Made by a program: the position numbers and the translations under genes. Of a DNA stretch of 64,000 nucleotides, positions 1-11,466 are shown in pieces. Numbering within the stretch: position 1 is the first letter of the stretch; each line of letters starts with the position of its first letter. The notes under the pieces are model-generated. The model saw only the letters and a program-made list of their open reading frames with translations, was not told the origin of the DNA and did not search any database. The stretch comes from a virus, in IMG/VR virus record IMGVR_UViG_3300020474_000004, positions 16,921-80,920 of that record. One strand, 5' to 3'.

Positions 1-3000
1 GGTAACCTATCAGAAATTAGAATAGTTAATCCAGGATTTGATTTGGTTGGTACACCTATCGTATCAATTACCGGTGGAAACGGACAAAATGCTAAAGCTT
101 TAGCATCTACAAAATTAATTAAACATTCCCCAGAATTTTCTGCCAATATCCAGGTTTCATTAACAAATAATACAATAGGATTTTCCACATTCCACAAATT
201 CCGTGGCGGAGAAGAAGTCGTATACAAAACTAACTCACAAAAAGGTGTTGGTGGTTTATCAACCGATTTTAGATATTATGCATCGGTGGTTGATGGAAAC
301 ACAGTAAAATTGCATACTGACTTAGGAGATTCCTTAGCGGGTATTAACACTGTTGTTTTAACAACTACAGGTATTGGAAAGCATTCTCTTGAATGTGTGG
401 AAAAAAAATCTATAGTTAGCGCAATCAATATAGTAGATAGAGGAACTGGATATGAAAATAAAAAAAGATCTGTTACTTCTGCAGGAATTAGTACATCATC
501 CGATATTATAACCATAAAAGATCACGATTATAAATCGGGAGAAATTATAAAATATCTTGGTTCAACAAAAAATCCAATCGCTGGTATATCAACAACTAAT
601 GAATATTATGTAACTGTTGTTGATAAGGATAATTTTAAGTTATCAAATGCTACATCATCCACACAGGAAAAGAATTTTTTCTATAAAACAAAACAATATG
701 TAGATATAACCTCGCAAGGATCTGGATTTCATTCTTTTAATTATCCATCAATTAATGTAACTGTAAGTGGATTAATTGGAATATCATCCATCGGAAATGA
801 AACCTTTGGCGTTAAAGTAGATCCAATCTTCAGAGGAGAGGTATCTTCAGTTCATCTTCAAGATGGAGGATCTCAATATGGTGCAAGTGATATAATAAAT
901 TTTATTAAAAATCCAAGAATTACTGTAGAGAGTGGAAAAAATGCTCAAGTATTGCCAGTCATCACTGATGGAAAAATAAGTGAAGTGATAGTTTTGAATC
1001 CAGGAAGTGGATATGTGTCGAGTATAGATCTCACTATATTTGGATCAGGAATTGGATGCGTATTAACTCCAATTTTAGAAAATGGAAGACTTATTGAAGT
1101 CAAAGTAATAGAATCTGGAGCAGGATATATCTCCGGAGAAACTGAAATAGTTGTTTCGAATACTGAAGCAGAATATGAATTTTCGGGAACTGTAAACAGA
1201 TGGATGATAAATTCATTTGAAAAATTATACCAAAATAACTTCTTGTTGAAGGATGATATTATTTTAGAAAATTCTTCAAGTGACAAGTATGGTCTACAGG
1301 CATACTACATGTATGCACCCAGAAAATTGAGAGAAATGTTGTATTCTGTCAATGAGGGTGGAGAGGTTCTTTATGGAAAACCAGATCTTAAATTAGTTGA
1401 TTCGCAAGAAACTATATTCCAAGATCATTCTCCAATCATAGGTTGGGCATATGATGGAAGCCCAATATACGGACCTTATGGATACTCCTCAAATAGCGGT
1501 GGAGTGGTCACCATTATGAAGTCTGGATATAAACTTAATCAAAATAGACTTGATGGACCACCAACTTCCGTATATCCATTAGGATTTTTTGTGGAGGATT
1601 ATACTCATTACACATACGAGGATGATAGTTATCTTGATGAAAATAATGGAAGATTTTGTGTAACTCCAGAATATCCAAATGGGACTTATGCATATTTTGC
1701 CACAATAGACGAAAATTCTGTCCAATCGGATAATTTATCCGAATTTAAAAATTATAGATTGCCTAAGTTTCCATATTTAATTGGCGACAAGTATAATTCA
1801 GAACCCATAGAATTTAATTTTAAAAAATCATCAAATCAGGAAGATTATGATATTGAAAATAATGGTTGGTGTAGAAATACATTTCCATATAACTTGAGAG
1901 ATGAAAAAGTAAAATATCCATATATCCATTTTCCAAAAACATCAGACGAATCTGCAGTTGTTTCTTCATCCAGTTTAGGTAATATACAAAAGATTAATAT
2001 TAAAACCGCAGGTGATTTTTATAAAGTAGGAGACACTTTAAATTTTGATAATAGATCCACAACCGGAATTGGGGCTGCTGCTAGAGTTTCCTTACTAAAA
2101 GGAAAATCTGTAGAGTCAATCGTTACTGATACAGTAAAACTCACTAACGCTGAGTTAATACCCTCCGATATAAAAAATCAATACTTTATAGAAAAAGATA
2201 CACCACATTCTTTTAATAATCTCGACTTTATTAACATTACTGGTGTATCGACAATATCAACAAATATCGAAGGATCTTATCAAATCGGAGTTTCAAGTGA
2301 AACTTTCAAACTCGTGGGGATTGGAACCACAAATAATATTGCAGTAGGTTCAACATCTGTGACTGGTTTAGTTACATTTTTCTCAGTGTCTGGTAGTTTA
2401 TCCGCTACAAAAATTGTACCTAATGATATTTTAGGAATTGGAACTGAAAGGGTTAAAGTTTTAAATATTGACACAGTAAATTCGAGATTTAGAGTATTAC
2501 GAGAGATTGATGGACCAGTTGGACTTAGCCATACAGTCGGATCGATACTATCAGAAGATTCCAGAAGATTTTCAATAAATGTTGGTTTAAACACTACGTA
2601 TGAATTTAGAAAAAATATTGAAATTTATTTTAATCCAGCAGAAAATGTTGGGTTGGGTACTACGGTTGTTGGGATAGGATCAGTCCTAACATTTTCTAAT
2701 TATGGATTAAATTCTTTGGGTCTAAACACCACTGGATCAAGAAATATATCAGTGCAACTTGGATCAATTTACATTAAAAACCATAACTTCCAAACAGGAG
2801 ATATTTTAACTTACTCCTCTAATGGTGGGAATGGAATTGTCTGTAATGAACAGTCTACAGTTGGAATAGCAACCACTTTGTCCGATGGTCAAAAATTATT
2901 TGTTGCAAAAATTACAAATGATTTAATAGGAATCGCAACTCAAAAAGTTGGTCTTGGTACAACGGGAGAATTCGTTGGGCTTGGAAATACTGCTAAGATA

Positions 3001-6000
3001 CTTTTCTTTGTGGGGGTTGGAAGTGGTAGCAACCATAGTTTTAAAACAAATTATGAAAACTTAACTGTTGAATCTTCAAGGCATAATGTCACGGTCACCA
3101 CGGACCAAGACCACTTATTACATGAAGGTCATAATGTATTCATAGATGTAAATCCTCAAACAACATTAAATTACAAAATTAAATTTAATGATTTAAATCG
3201 AAGAGTTCTTGTAGGCATTAAAACTTTTTCTAATGTCGGAGTTAATACGAACAATAATACTATTACCATACAAAATCACAATTATGAAAGTGGAGATAAG
3301 GTAGTATATTCATCGGCAGATCCTTGCGAAGGATTAGAAAATAATAAAATTTATTACATTGTGAAAATTGATGCAGATAAGTTTAATTTATCAAATACTC
3401 TTTATGGTTCAACATTATCTAATCCTAATATAGTAGGAATTGCTAGCACTAGTCTTACTTTTGGAGAAATAGGATTAGTCAATCCGATAATTTCTGCCTA
3501 TAGAGATTCTACTTTAGAATTTGATATTTCTGATACTTCTTTGGCATATGAAAAAGAATCTACATTATATTCCGCATTTAAACTTAATTTTTATATTGAT
3601 AAAAATTATACAAAATTATGGGAGTCTGATTTATCTTCGTCAGTATTTAATGTAACTAGAGAAAACAAGTCCGGATTATCTACTACATCGAAAGTTTCGG
3701 TATCTATTGGAAAAACAACACCATCTATTCTGTATTATAGATTAGATCCTGTTACTAATAATAACCTTCCAAAAATAAAATCTGAAGTAATGGTTGATGA
3801 TGAAATTATTGGAAGTGGTAGTATTGAGGTAAGAGATAGTGTTTATAGTGGACTTAGAAAAGTATCCACTGCTGGAACCAATTTCTTTAATTTCTCTATA
3901 AACGAAATCCCAGAAAATAATTCTTATGTGTCCACTTCATCTTCAATAACGTATACTACAGACTGTATTCATACAAATGGACCAATATCTACGGTAGAAA
4001 TAGTAAACCCAGGAAGAAATTATGATTCATTACCAGATATTGCTTCCATAAATTCTAATAACGGATCAAGAGCTGAACTTTTATGTCTTAGCGAAAATAT
4101 TGGAAAAATTGAAAATGTTTCTATAAAAGATATTGGATATGATTATCCAAGTGATAAAACACTAAAACCAAGTGCAATTCTTCCTCAAATTATTAAAGTT
4201 GACTCCTCTGCAATAATTAACACTATTTCCGTATCTTCAAATGCAAAGGGTTATACTTCGGCACCAAAACTAGTAACATTTGATGGAAAAACTAATAAGA
4301 TAGTATCTGACTTGGATTTAAAGTATTCTATTAAGGATAATGAAGTAATCATTTTACAGAATACAAGAGGAATGAATAATTCTACTCCTACAATTATTCC
4401 GGTTGAAAATAATAATGGAGTCGGTATTAATAATGTTGAATTTGACGATTCATCTAAGGAAGTGACCATAAGATTATCATCTGGATTCTCATCATTGAAT
4501 GACTTCCCATTTGAAGTTGGTGGTAAAGTTTTTGTTGAAAATGTAAGTGTAGGAATAAATTCAACTGCGAAAGGATTTAATTCAAAGAACTATGGATATA
4601 AGTTATTCACTTTAACTTCAGTTACTCCAAATATTGGAGGTATCGGAACTGTTTCATATAATCTTTCTGAGGATTTAAATGATGGTGAAATTCCAGGAAA
4701 GGCGGATCTCATCAGATCTTCTGGAATTATTACTCCTGAGAAATATTTTCCAACTTTTGTTATTGATTTAGCAACAAAGGACTTTATTCCTGGCGAAAAA
4801 ATTGTTTCATCTACTAAAACAGGAACAGTTCAAAGTTGGGATAGTACCACTAAAACCCTGAGAATTCTATCTCAAGATACCTTTAAAGTTGGTGAAAAAA
4901 TAAGAGGATTAACCTCAGACTCATTAGCAACAAACTCTGAGGTAAAATCATATGAAACTTATTTTAATGTCGATACAAAAACAGATATATTTGAAGGTAA
5001 TCAGACTATTTCTGGATATTTAAATAACAATCTTCAGAGAGTTCAGGATAATCACTATTATCAAAATTTCTCATATTCAATTAAATCTAGGATTCCACTA
5101 GCAGAATGGGATGATATTGTTTCAAGCACCAATCATTCTATAGGATTTAAAAAGTTTGGGGATCTTCAAATTGAATCTAGGAATGATGAACAACCAGCTA
5201 ATATTGGATTGACAACAGCACTTACCGATATGACAATTGATTATGGAATATCGGAGTATATTGATACAAATTGCGTTTTTGATTTTGATTTGGGAAGAGA
5301 GAATAATATTAATTTTGATGAAACCACTATTTTGTCAGATGAAATTGTACTTAAGAGTAAAGTTCTTTCCGATTTTAGTGAGTCCGTTGGAAATAGAGTT
5401 GTATCAATAGATGATGTGAGTCCTCAATTTAATAATACACCAAGAGCGACTGCTTTTGTTGCTTTAGACTCCTTTAATTTAAGTGATTTTAGAAGTAAAA
5501 AGTATTTTATTTATCTTAAAGACACTAGATTTGTAAAGGAAAGGCAATTTGAGATTGTAAGTCTTATTCATGATAGTGCTTCAAATGGATATCTAAATCA
5601 GTATGCAAAGACAGACTCTGTAAGAGATTTGGGTTCTTTTGATTTTGCAATCTCTGGATCTGTAGGTGAATTTAGATTTTTCCCAATAAATTCAAGAGTA
5701 AATGATTACGATGTATGTGCATTATCTTTCAACTTGGATGACAATCTACTGGGAATTGGAACTACATCTATTGGCGAATCTATCATACAAAGTAATAGTG
5801 TTTCAGTTCCATCCACACCAACAAACATTGTAAGCATTGGAAATACATATCACTCACTTAAGGTTTTAGTAACCATAGCACCTGATGTTGAGAATGTATC
5901 ATTTGGATCTACTGCTACATTTAACTCAAGAGAATTTGAATATCAAGAATTGAATATTTGTCATGATGGAACTGATGTTTCATTAATAGAGTTTGGTAAA

Positions 6001-9000
6001 CTAACAACATCTATTGGTGAAGTATCTGCTGCCGGATTTGGAACTTATAACGCATATCTTGATGGTAGTGATCTTAAAGTAGATTTCCATCCAGAGGTTG
6101 GTATTGGAACGACTTCGGTAGTTAATACCATTGTTGTTGGACTCTCCACTGCCTCTTCTGGAATATCAACTGTAGACATGAAGCACGCTAGATTAGAGTC
6201 TAGAATAACTCAAATCTCTTCTTCTGGATCTCCAACTGAAAATGTTGTTGGTCAGTATCCAAGTCACATTTCACAAGAAGTTGATAGGTATGATTCATCA
6301 TATTGTTTGATTCAACTTCATGATACCACTAATGATAGATATGAGTTCTTAGAGCATATAGTAGTTGATGATCATGTTGAAGGAGTATTAATTAATCAAA
6401 CTTTTGATACTGAATTTGCAAATGTGAGGACACACAGTGGTCTCGGAACTTTTGGAAGTAAAATAGTTACGGATGGAGTTGGTATTGCAGCAACAACACA
6501 AATTCTCTTCACTCCAGAACCTAACATTAATGTAAATGTCCACGTTTATATGAATGCACTTAGAGTTGAGGATGACACCAAAGACTTTATTAACTTTAAC
6601 AACGGAACATATTCTACATCATTTACGAAGTATACGGGCACTGATAGAGATGTAATAAGATCTTTCCCAATTAAGCACGTATTTAGTCCCATTTTTGAAA
6701 AAGTATTTGATGGAAGTGATTCCACTATAGTTAAAACAGTTGGAGATACCATCACTATTCCCGATCATTTCTTTGTCACTGGTGAAAGGGTTAGATACAA
6801 TTCAGCTGGATTATCAACAACAGATAAAATTGGTATTGCTCAGACTACCTTCCCCGAAATTGGTATTACAACATCATTCATCCCAGATAGTGGATTATTC
6901 ATTGTTAAGGTTGACGACGAAACAATTCAATTATCAAGAAGTGCAGAGGATGCACTTAAAGCTGTTCCCAAGGTTCTTGAGTTTACTTCAGTGGGGATTG
7001 GTGCTTCACATAAATTTATTGCTACCAATCAGAATCCAAAAGTTCTAATAGCACTCGACAATATTATTCAATCTCCTATTGTATCAACTGGTGATACAAC
7101 AATTTTACTGCAGAGTGTTGTGACTACGGATGACCTTATAAAATTAAGTAGTGTTGAAAATTTAACCGGTGGCGACTTATTGAAAATTGATAGCGAAATA
7201 GTAAAAATTGAAGGACTTGGAATAGGTGCTACTAACACCATAAGAGTTCGTAGATCTTGGTTAGGTACACCTCTATCTGGATTCTCTACTGGTGCTTTGG
7301 TTACTAAAATTATTGGTAACTATAATATTGTTGACAATACACTTAATTTTGCAGACGCTCCTTTTGGTAATGCAATAACTGCAGGTGATGCACAGAGTAG
7401 TTTCCAGGGAAGAGTATTCACTAGAAGTGGAGTTCCTCAAAGTTCAAATGAACCATATTATAAAAATGTTGTTATTGACGATATATCAAAACAGTTTGAT
7501 GGTGTCAAAAATAACTTTACTATCAAATCTCAAAATGCAAATATCTCAGGCATTGCTAATGAGGGAATACTTGCACTTGTTAACGACATATTCCAAACAG
7601 TTGGTAATGAAAATAATTATGAACTTATAGAGTCCTCAGGCATTACTACAGTTTCTTTTGTTGGAACTGCAAGAGATTTGACGAGAGATGTGGGAATATC
7701 AACTCTACCTAGAGGTGGTATGATTCTTTCTGTTGGATCTACCACAGGATTTGGATATCAACCTCTCATAGGTGCTGGTGGAACTGCAGTGGTTTCTGGT
7801 CTCGGAACAATTTCTTCTGTTTCTATTGGAAATAGTGGTTCTGGTTATAGAGTTGGTGTTCAGACAGTGAATGTAAGTGTTGGTACTTCTTCTTTAGGAA
7901 GTGGAAATTTTGTTTCTATAGGAACTGCTGTTGTCAATAATAATGGAAACATTGTCAGTATTGCCATTACAAATCCAGGAGTAGGATATACTCAAACAAA
8001 TCCACCATTTGTTGTTATTGACGATCCACTTTCATACTCAGGAATAGCTTTAACTTATAGTTCTGTCTCAACAGGAATTGGAAGTGGTATTGGTGCTGTT
8101 GCTGATATTGTTGTTGGTCAAGGATCCAGTGTTATTAGCTTTAATTTAAAAAATACTGGATATGGATATCAAGAGGGTGAAATATTAACAGTTCCTACTA
8201 GTGGTCTTTCCGGAGTTCTTACTACATCTCAGTTTAGTGGTGATGAATTCCAAATCTCGATTGATAAAGTACATTATGATGAATTTACAGGATGGTCGGT
8301 TGGTGTACTTGATAATTTTGATGATATAAGTGAGTATCCTGATGGCAAGAGATTGGATTTCCCACTTATTAAGTCTGGAAATCTTGTTTCTATCAATAAG
8401 AAGAAAGGATCAAAAATTGATCTTAATCAAGTTTTGATTGTATTCATTAATAATATTCTACAAGTTCCCGGAGACTCTTATAGATTCCCTGGTGGTTCTA
8501 GAATTATATTCAGCGAACCACCAAGAGTTGGTGATGATATTAAAATTATTTTCTACAAGGGAAGTGGAGATGATCTGGATGTTATTGATAGAGAAGTAGT
8601 TGAATCATTGAAGATAGGAGATGAAGTAACTTTAAATTATGATCCAGGACAAAATCAAAGTATACTACTTCAACAAAATGCAAGAACAGTTAACACAACA
8701 GTTTCTATTGATGCTGTTAAAACTAATCCATATTTTGGTCCTGGTTTAACTGATAAACAGGAATTAGAGAGACCAATCACATGGTGTAGACAAACTGAGG
8801 ATAAACTGATAAACGGTCAGGAGATCACAAAAGATAGAGAACTTTATGAATCAATAATTAGTCCGGTTGCTAATATTATCAGTCCGGTTGGAATTACAAC
8901 TGAAATAATATATGTTGATAGATTGAGACCACTATTTGATAGTTTTATAGAGAATCCTGATATTAACATTCGTGCAGGTATTCAGAAGAAAGTCACTATC

Positions 9001-9885
9001 ATTCCGACGCACGTTACAGTTGGAGCTTCTGCCACCGCAGTTGTTTCTGCTGCTGGAACTATTAGTTCCATTATTGTAAATAATGGGGGGGTTGGTTATT
9101 CAACAACTCCTGGTGTAAGTATAGCAAGCACTATTGGTGTAGGAATAGGAACAACCAATACAGCACTCGCTGTCACAACAATAAGTGTTGGTGGAACCGT
9201 ATCTCAAATATCTGTTACTAATGGTGGTATTGGATATACCAGTTCTCCATCAGTAATTATTGGTGAACCTACATATTCAACAGAGGAAAATGGCGTTACT
9301 AATTATATTGGAGACTCTGGTATTGTTGTTGGATTCGGTACTCAATTTATTGGTGCTGGAACCACACAAATGATCTTTGATCTACATATCCCATATAATT
9401 CAAAACTAAGAGATACGAATATTGTTGGAACTGCTATAACTCTTAGTGGATTATCGGTTGGAGATTATTTTACTATCACGGATTCAAATATAGGTTCTGC
9501 AAGCACAAGCATAACATCTTTGTCTAATGACAATTCTACAATTGTTGGAATTAGTAGAGAGCATCTTGATGGTGTTTATGTTGCAAATTCTGTTCAGTAT
9601 GTGAGTAAAAGTGTTGCTGGAGTTTCGACTCAAGTAGCAAGAATTATTGTTAATACTACAAGTCATCCTACAGGAGCAGGAATAACCGTAGGTGTTACAA
9701 CAGCACCATTCATCGGTAATTTCTCTTGGGGTAAAGTTACTCTCACTGGAAGAAGTAAAAACCTGGCATATCCAGCACAAACCATGTCGGGGATAGGAAC
9801 TGATAATAATACTGGTATATCAACTTCTACAAAACTTGTTAGAACTAGATACATCAGATTTAAAAATTCTTCTAACTATACTTAA
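1..9885 (+). CDS. gp7: Giant baseplate wedge protein (cyanophage gp7-like), 5'-truncated; contains a YHYH-like domain
   Basis: Frame 1 is open from base 1 (GNLSEIRIVNPGFDLVG...), so the TTG at 43 is not the true start. >3280 aa, Gly/Ser/Thr-rich beta repeats, motif IIGWAYDGSPIYGPYGY...LDENNGRFCVTPEYPNGTYAYF; immediately upstream of gp8 as in T4-like cyanophages. Confidence 0.75.
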   Translation, partial: GNLSEIRIVNPGFDLVGTPIVSITGGNGQNAKALASTKLIKHSPEFSANIQVSLTNNTIGFSTFHKFRGGEEVVYKTNSQKGVGGLSTDFRYYASVVDGNTVKLHTDLGDSLAGINTVVLTTTGIGKHSLECVEKKSIVSAINIVDRGTGYENKKRSVTSAGISTSSDIITIKDHDYKSGEIIKYLGSTKNPIAGISTTNEYYVTVVDKDNFKLSNATSSTQEKNFFYKTKQYVDITSQGSGFHSFNYPSINVTVSGLIGISSIGNETFGVKVDPIFRGEVSSVHLQDGGSQYGASDIINFIKNPRITVESGKNAQVLPVITDGKISEVIVLNPGSGYVSSIDLTIFGSGIGCVLTPILENGRLIEVKVIESGAGYISGETEIVVSNTEAEYEFSGTVNRWMINSFEKLYQNNFLLKDDIILENSSSDKYGLQAYYMYAPRKLREMLYSVNEGGEVLYGKPDLKLVDSQETIFQDHSPIIGWAYDGSPIYGPYGYSSNSGGVVTIMKSGYKLNQNRLDGPPTSVYPLGFFVEDYTHYTYEDDSYLDENNGRFCVTPEYPNGTYAYFATIDENSVQSDNLSEFKNYRLPKFPYLIGDKYNSEPIEFNFKKSSNQEDYDIENNGWCRNTFPYNLRDEKVKYPYIHFPKTSDESAVVSSSSLGNIQKINIKTAGDFYKVGDTLNFDNRSTTGIGAAARVSLLKGKSVESIVTDTVKLTNAELIPSDIKNQYFIEKDTPHSFNNLDFINITGVSTISTNIEGSYQIGVSSETFKLVGIGTTNNIAVGSTSVTGLVTFFSVSGSLSATKIVPNDILGIGTERVKVLNIDTVNSRFRVLREIDGPVGLSHTVGSILSEDSRRFSINVGLNTTYEFRKNIEIYFNPAENVGLGTTVVGIGSVLTFSNYGLNSLGLNTTGSRNISVQLGSIYIKNHNFQTGDILTYSSNGGNGIVCNEQSTVGIATTLSDGQKLFVAKITNDLIGIATQKVGLGTTGEFVGLGNTAKILFFVGVGSGSNHSFKTNYENLTVESSRHNVTVTTDQDHLLHEGHNVFIDVNPQTTLNYKIKFNDLNRRVLVGIKTFSNVGVNTNNNTITIQNHNYESGDKVVYSSADPCEGLENNKIYYIVKIDADKFNLSNTLYGSTLSNPNIVGIASTSLTFGEIGLVNPIISAYRDSTLEFDISDTSLAYEKESTLYSAFKLNFYIDKNYTKLWESDLSSSVFNVTRENKSGLSTTSKVSVSIGKTTPSILYYRLDPVTNNNLPKIKSEVMVDDEIIGSGSIEVRDSVYSGLRKVSTAGTNFFNFSINEIPENNSYVSTSSSITYTTDCIHTNGPISTVEIVNPGRNYDSLPDIASINSNNGSRAELLCLSENIGKIENVSIKDIGYDYPSDKTLKPSAILPQIIKVDSSAIINTISVSSNAKGYTSAPKLVTFDGKTNKIVSDLDLKYSIKDNEVIILQNTRGMNNSTPTIIPVENNNGVGINNVEFDDSSKEVTIRLSSGFSSLNDFPFEVGGKVFVENVSVGINSTAKGFNSKNYGYKLFTLTSVTPNIGGIGTVSYNLSEDLNDGEIPGKADLIRSSGIITPEKYFPTFVIDLATKDFIPGEKIVSSTKTGTVQSWDSTTKTLRILSQDTFKVGEKIRGLTSDSLATNSEVKSYETYFNVDTKTDIFEGNQTISGYLNNNLQRVQDNHYYQNFSYSIKSRIPLAEWDDIVSSTNHSIGFKKFGDLQIESRNDEQPANIGLTTALTDMTIDYGISEYIDTNCVFDFDLGRENNINFDETTILSDEIVLKSKVLSDFSESVGNRVVSIDDVSPQFNNTPRATAFVALDSFNLSDFRSKKYFIYLKDTRFVKERQFEIVSLIHDSASNGYLNQYAKTDSVRDLGSFDFAISGSVGEFRFFPINSRVNDYDVCALSFNLDDNLLGIGTTSIGESIIQSNSVSVPSTPTNIVSIGNTYHSLKVLVTIAPDVENVSFGSTATFNSREFEYQELNICHDGTDVSLIEFGKLTTSIGEVSAAGFGTYNAYLDGSDLKVDFHPEVGIGTTSVVNTIVVGLSTASSGISTVDMKHARLESRITQISSSGSPTENVVGQYPSHISQEVDRYDSSYCLIQLHDTTNDRYEFLEHIVVDDHVEGVLINQTFDTEFANVRTHSGLGTFGSKIVTDGVGIAATTQILFTPEPNINVNVHVYMNALRVEDDTKDFINFNNGTYSTSFTKYTGTDRDVIRSFPIKHVFSPIFEKVFDGSDSTIVKTVGDTITIPDHFFVTGERVRYNSAGLSTTDKIGIAQTTFPEIGITTSFIPDSGLFIVKVDDETIQLSRSAEDALKAVPKVLEFTSVGIGASHKFIATNQNPKVLIALDNIIQSPIVSTGDTTILLQSVVTTDDLIKLSSVENLTGGDLLKIDSEIVKIEGLGIGATNTIRVRRSWLGTPLSGFSTGALVTKIIGNYNIVDNTLNFADAPFGNAITAGDAQSSFQGRVFTRSGVPQSSNEPYYKNVVIDDISKQFDGVKNNFTIKSQNANISGIANEGILALVNDIFQTVGNENNYELIESSGITTVSFVGTARDLTRDVGISTLPRGGMILSVGSTTGFGYQPLIGAGGTAVVSGLGTISSVSIGNSGSGYRVGVQTVNVSVGTSSLGSGNFVSIGTAVVNNNGNIVSIAITNPGVGYTQTNPPFVVIDDPLSYSGIALTYSSVSTGIGSGIGAVADIVVGQGSSVISFNLKNTGYGYQEGEILTVPTSGLSGVLTTSQFSGDEFQISIDKVHYDEFTGWSVGVLDNFDDISEYPDGKRLDFPLIKSGNLVSINKKKGSKIDLNQVLIVFINNILQVPGDSYRFPGGSRIIFSEPPRVGDDIKIIFYKGSGDDLDVIDREVVESLKIGDEVTLNYDPGQNQSILLQQNARTVNTTVSIDAVKTNPYFGPGLTDKQELERPITWCRQTEDKLINGQEITKDRELYESIISPVANIISPVGITTEIIYVDRLRPLFDSFIENPDINIRAGIQKKVTIIPTHVTVGASATAVVSAAGTISSIIVNNGGVGYSTTPGVSIASTIGVGIGTTNTALAVTTISVGGTVSQISVTNGGIGYTSSPSVIIGEPTYSTEENGVTNYIGDSGIVVGFGTQFIGAGTTQMIFDLHIPYNSKLRDTNIVGTAITLSGLSVGDYFTITDSNIGSASTSITSLSNDNSTIVGISREHLDGVYVANSVQYVSKSVAGVSTQVARIIVNTTSHPTGAGITVGVTTAPFIGNFSWGKVTLTGRSKNLAYPAQTMSGIGTDNNTGISTSTKLVRTRYIRFKNSSNYT

Positions 9886-9891
9886 TAAATA
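9884..9891 (+). promoter_or_regulatory. T4-type late promoter (AATAAATA) for gp8
   Basis: Match to TATAAATA-like late consensus, overlapping the upstream stop, 18 nt before ATG. Confidence 0.65.
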
Positions 9892-9909
9892 AAGAAAAAG
9901 TCTATAAAA

Positions 9910-11460
9910 ATGGCTGCAATCATAACTGATCAAATTAGAATATTAAACGCAAAGAATTTTGTTGCGGGAATTGCTAATGCTAACAATTCCTACTATTCCT
10001 TCGTCGGATTACCAAATCCACTTGATTATTCTTCAACTTGGAATCAAAATCCTCCATCACCAAAGGATAATTTTGATCAGGAGAATGATTATTGGGATAG
10101 TATGATTGCTATGAAGAGAATCAATACTACTGATGTAAGACAAGTAGTTCCAAAGAGAGTTTGGTCTTCTGGAAGTTCTTATGACATGTATAGGCATGAT
10201 TATAGTAGATCAAACACTGCTCCTATTTCTGGTTCGACCAATTTATATTCATCTACTTTTTATGTCATTAATAGTGATTTTAGAGTATACCTATGTCTCC
10301 AGAATGGGTCAAACCCCGAAACTCCAAATGGTAGACCTTCTTTAGATGAACCAACTTTTATTGATTTAGAACCAAGATCTGCAGGAACAAGTGGAGATGG
10401 TTATATTTGGAAATACTTGTATACAATTAAACCAGCAGATATTATAAAATTTGATTCAACAGAATTTATGCCAGTTCCAACTAATTGGGAAACTGACAAT
10501 GATGTTTCACTAGTTAGAGACAACGCTGTAGATGGATCAATAAAAATTATTACTGTCAAAAATCGTGGAGTTGGATTAGGAACTGCTAATGTAACTTATA
10601 GTAATGTTCCAATTGAGGGTGATGGATCTGGAGCAGAATGCTCTATTACAATTGACGGAGATTCTAGAGTCGAATCTGTTGCTATGTCATCTCAGGGTTC
10701 TGGTTATACTTTTGGAACAGTAAACTTTTCTGCAGCAGGAATTCCAGAAGGAACTACGAGACCTCAATTTGATGTGATTATTACTCCACAAGGAGGTCAT
10801 GGAGCAGATATCTATAGAGAACTAGGTGCATATAATATTTTAATGTATTCTAGGATTGAAAGTGATAATGAAAATCCCGATTTTATCACTGGAAATCAAT
10901 TTGCAAGAATTGGTATTGTTCAGAACCCACAGTCTGCAGGTGGATCGCTTTTATCTTTAGATAAAGCAAGTGCTGTTAGTGCTTTAAAACTTACTGGAAT
11001 TGGATATAGTGAAGCAATCTTTGATGTTGATTCAGAGGTGACTCAATTAGTTGGGACTGGAAAAACATCTGTGGGTAAAGTTATAAATTATGATCAAAAC
11101 ACTGGTGTCTTGAAACTATGGCAAAATAGAAATAATCATGGATTTGATGTAAATGGAAATAGAGAAACAAGTTCTGATTATGGATTTGAATTAAATGAAT
11201 TTACGGGTAGTCCAGAATCTGGAGGTAACGTTTCCATTGTTCCTACCGTAGGACTTCAGTTATCAATTGACCAAGCATTTAATGATAACAAAACCACGAT
11301 AAATAATCGTACGTATTATCTTGGGATGAATTTCAGTAGTGGTGTTGCTGCTCCAGAGGTGAAGCAACATTCTGGTAACATCATTTATGTAGATAATAGA
11401 CCCGCCATTACGCGCTCGTCGAATCAAAAGGAAGACATAAAAGTTATTTTGCAGTTCTAA
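9910..11460 (+). CDS. gp8: Baseplate wedge subunit
   Basis: MAAIITDQIRILNAKNF start, YDMYRHDYS, RVYLCLQNG, GDGYIWKYLYTI, GGHG, C-terminal YVDNRPAITRSSNQKEDIKVILQF typical of gp8. Confidence 0.9.
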   Translation: MAAIITDQIRILNAKNFVAGIANANNSYYSFVGLPNPLDYSSTWNQNPPSPKDNFDQENDYWDSMIAMKRINTTDVRQVVPKRVWSSGSSYDMYRHDYSRSNTAPISGSTNLYSSTFYVINSDFRVYLCLQNGSNPETPNGRPSLDEPTFIDLEPRSAGTSGDGYIWKYLYTIKPADIIKFDSTEFMPVPTNWETDNDVSLVRDNAVDGSIKIITVKNRGVGLGTANVTYSNVPIEGDGSGAECSITIDGDSRVESVAMSSQGSGYTFGTVNFSAAGIPEGTTRPQFDVIITPQGGHGADIYRELGAYNILMYSRIESDNENPDFITGNQFARIGIVQNPQSAGGSLLSLDKASAVSALKLTGIGYSEAIFDVDSEVTQLVGTGKTSVGKVINYDQNTGVLKLWQNRNNHGFDVNGNRETSSDYGFELNEFTGSPESGGNVSIVPTVGLQLSIDQAFNDNKTTINNRTYYLGMNFSSGVAAPEVKQHSGNIIYVDNRPAITRSSNQKEDIKVILQF

Positions 11461-11466
11461 AGAATT

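Noticed and set aside
43-45. TTG start given by the ORF track for the first gene
   Set aside because: The frame is open back to base 1 and the upstream codons continue the same repeat style; the gene begins before the window
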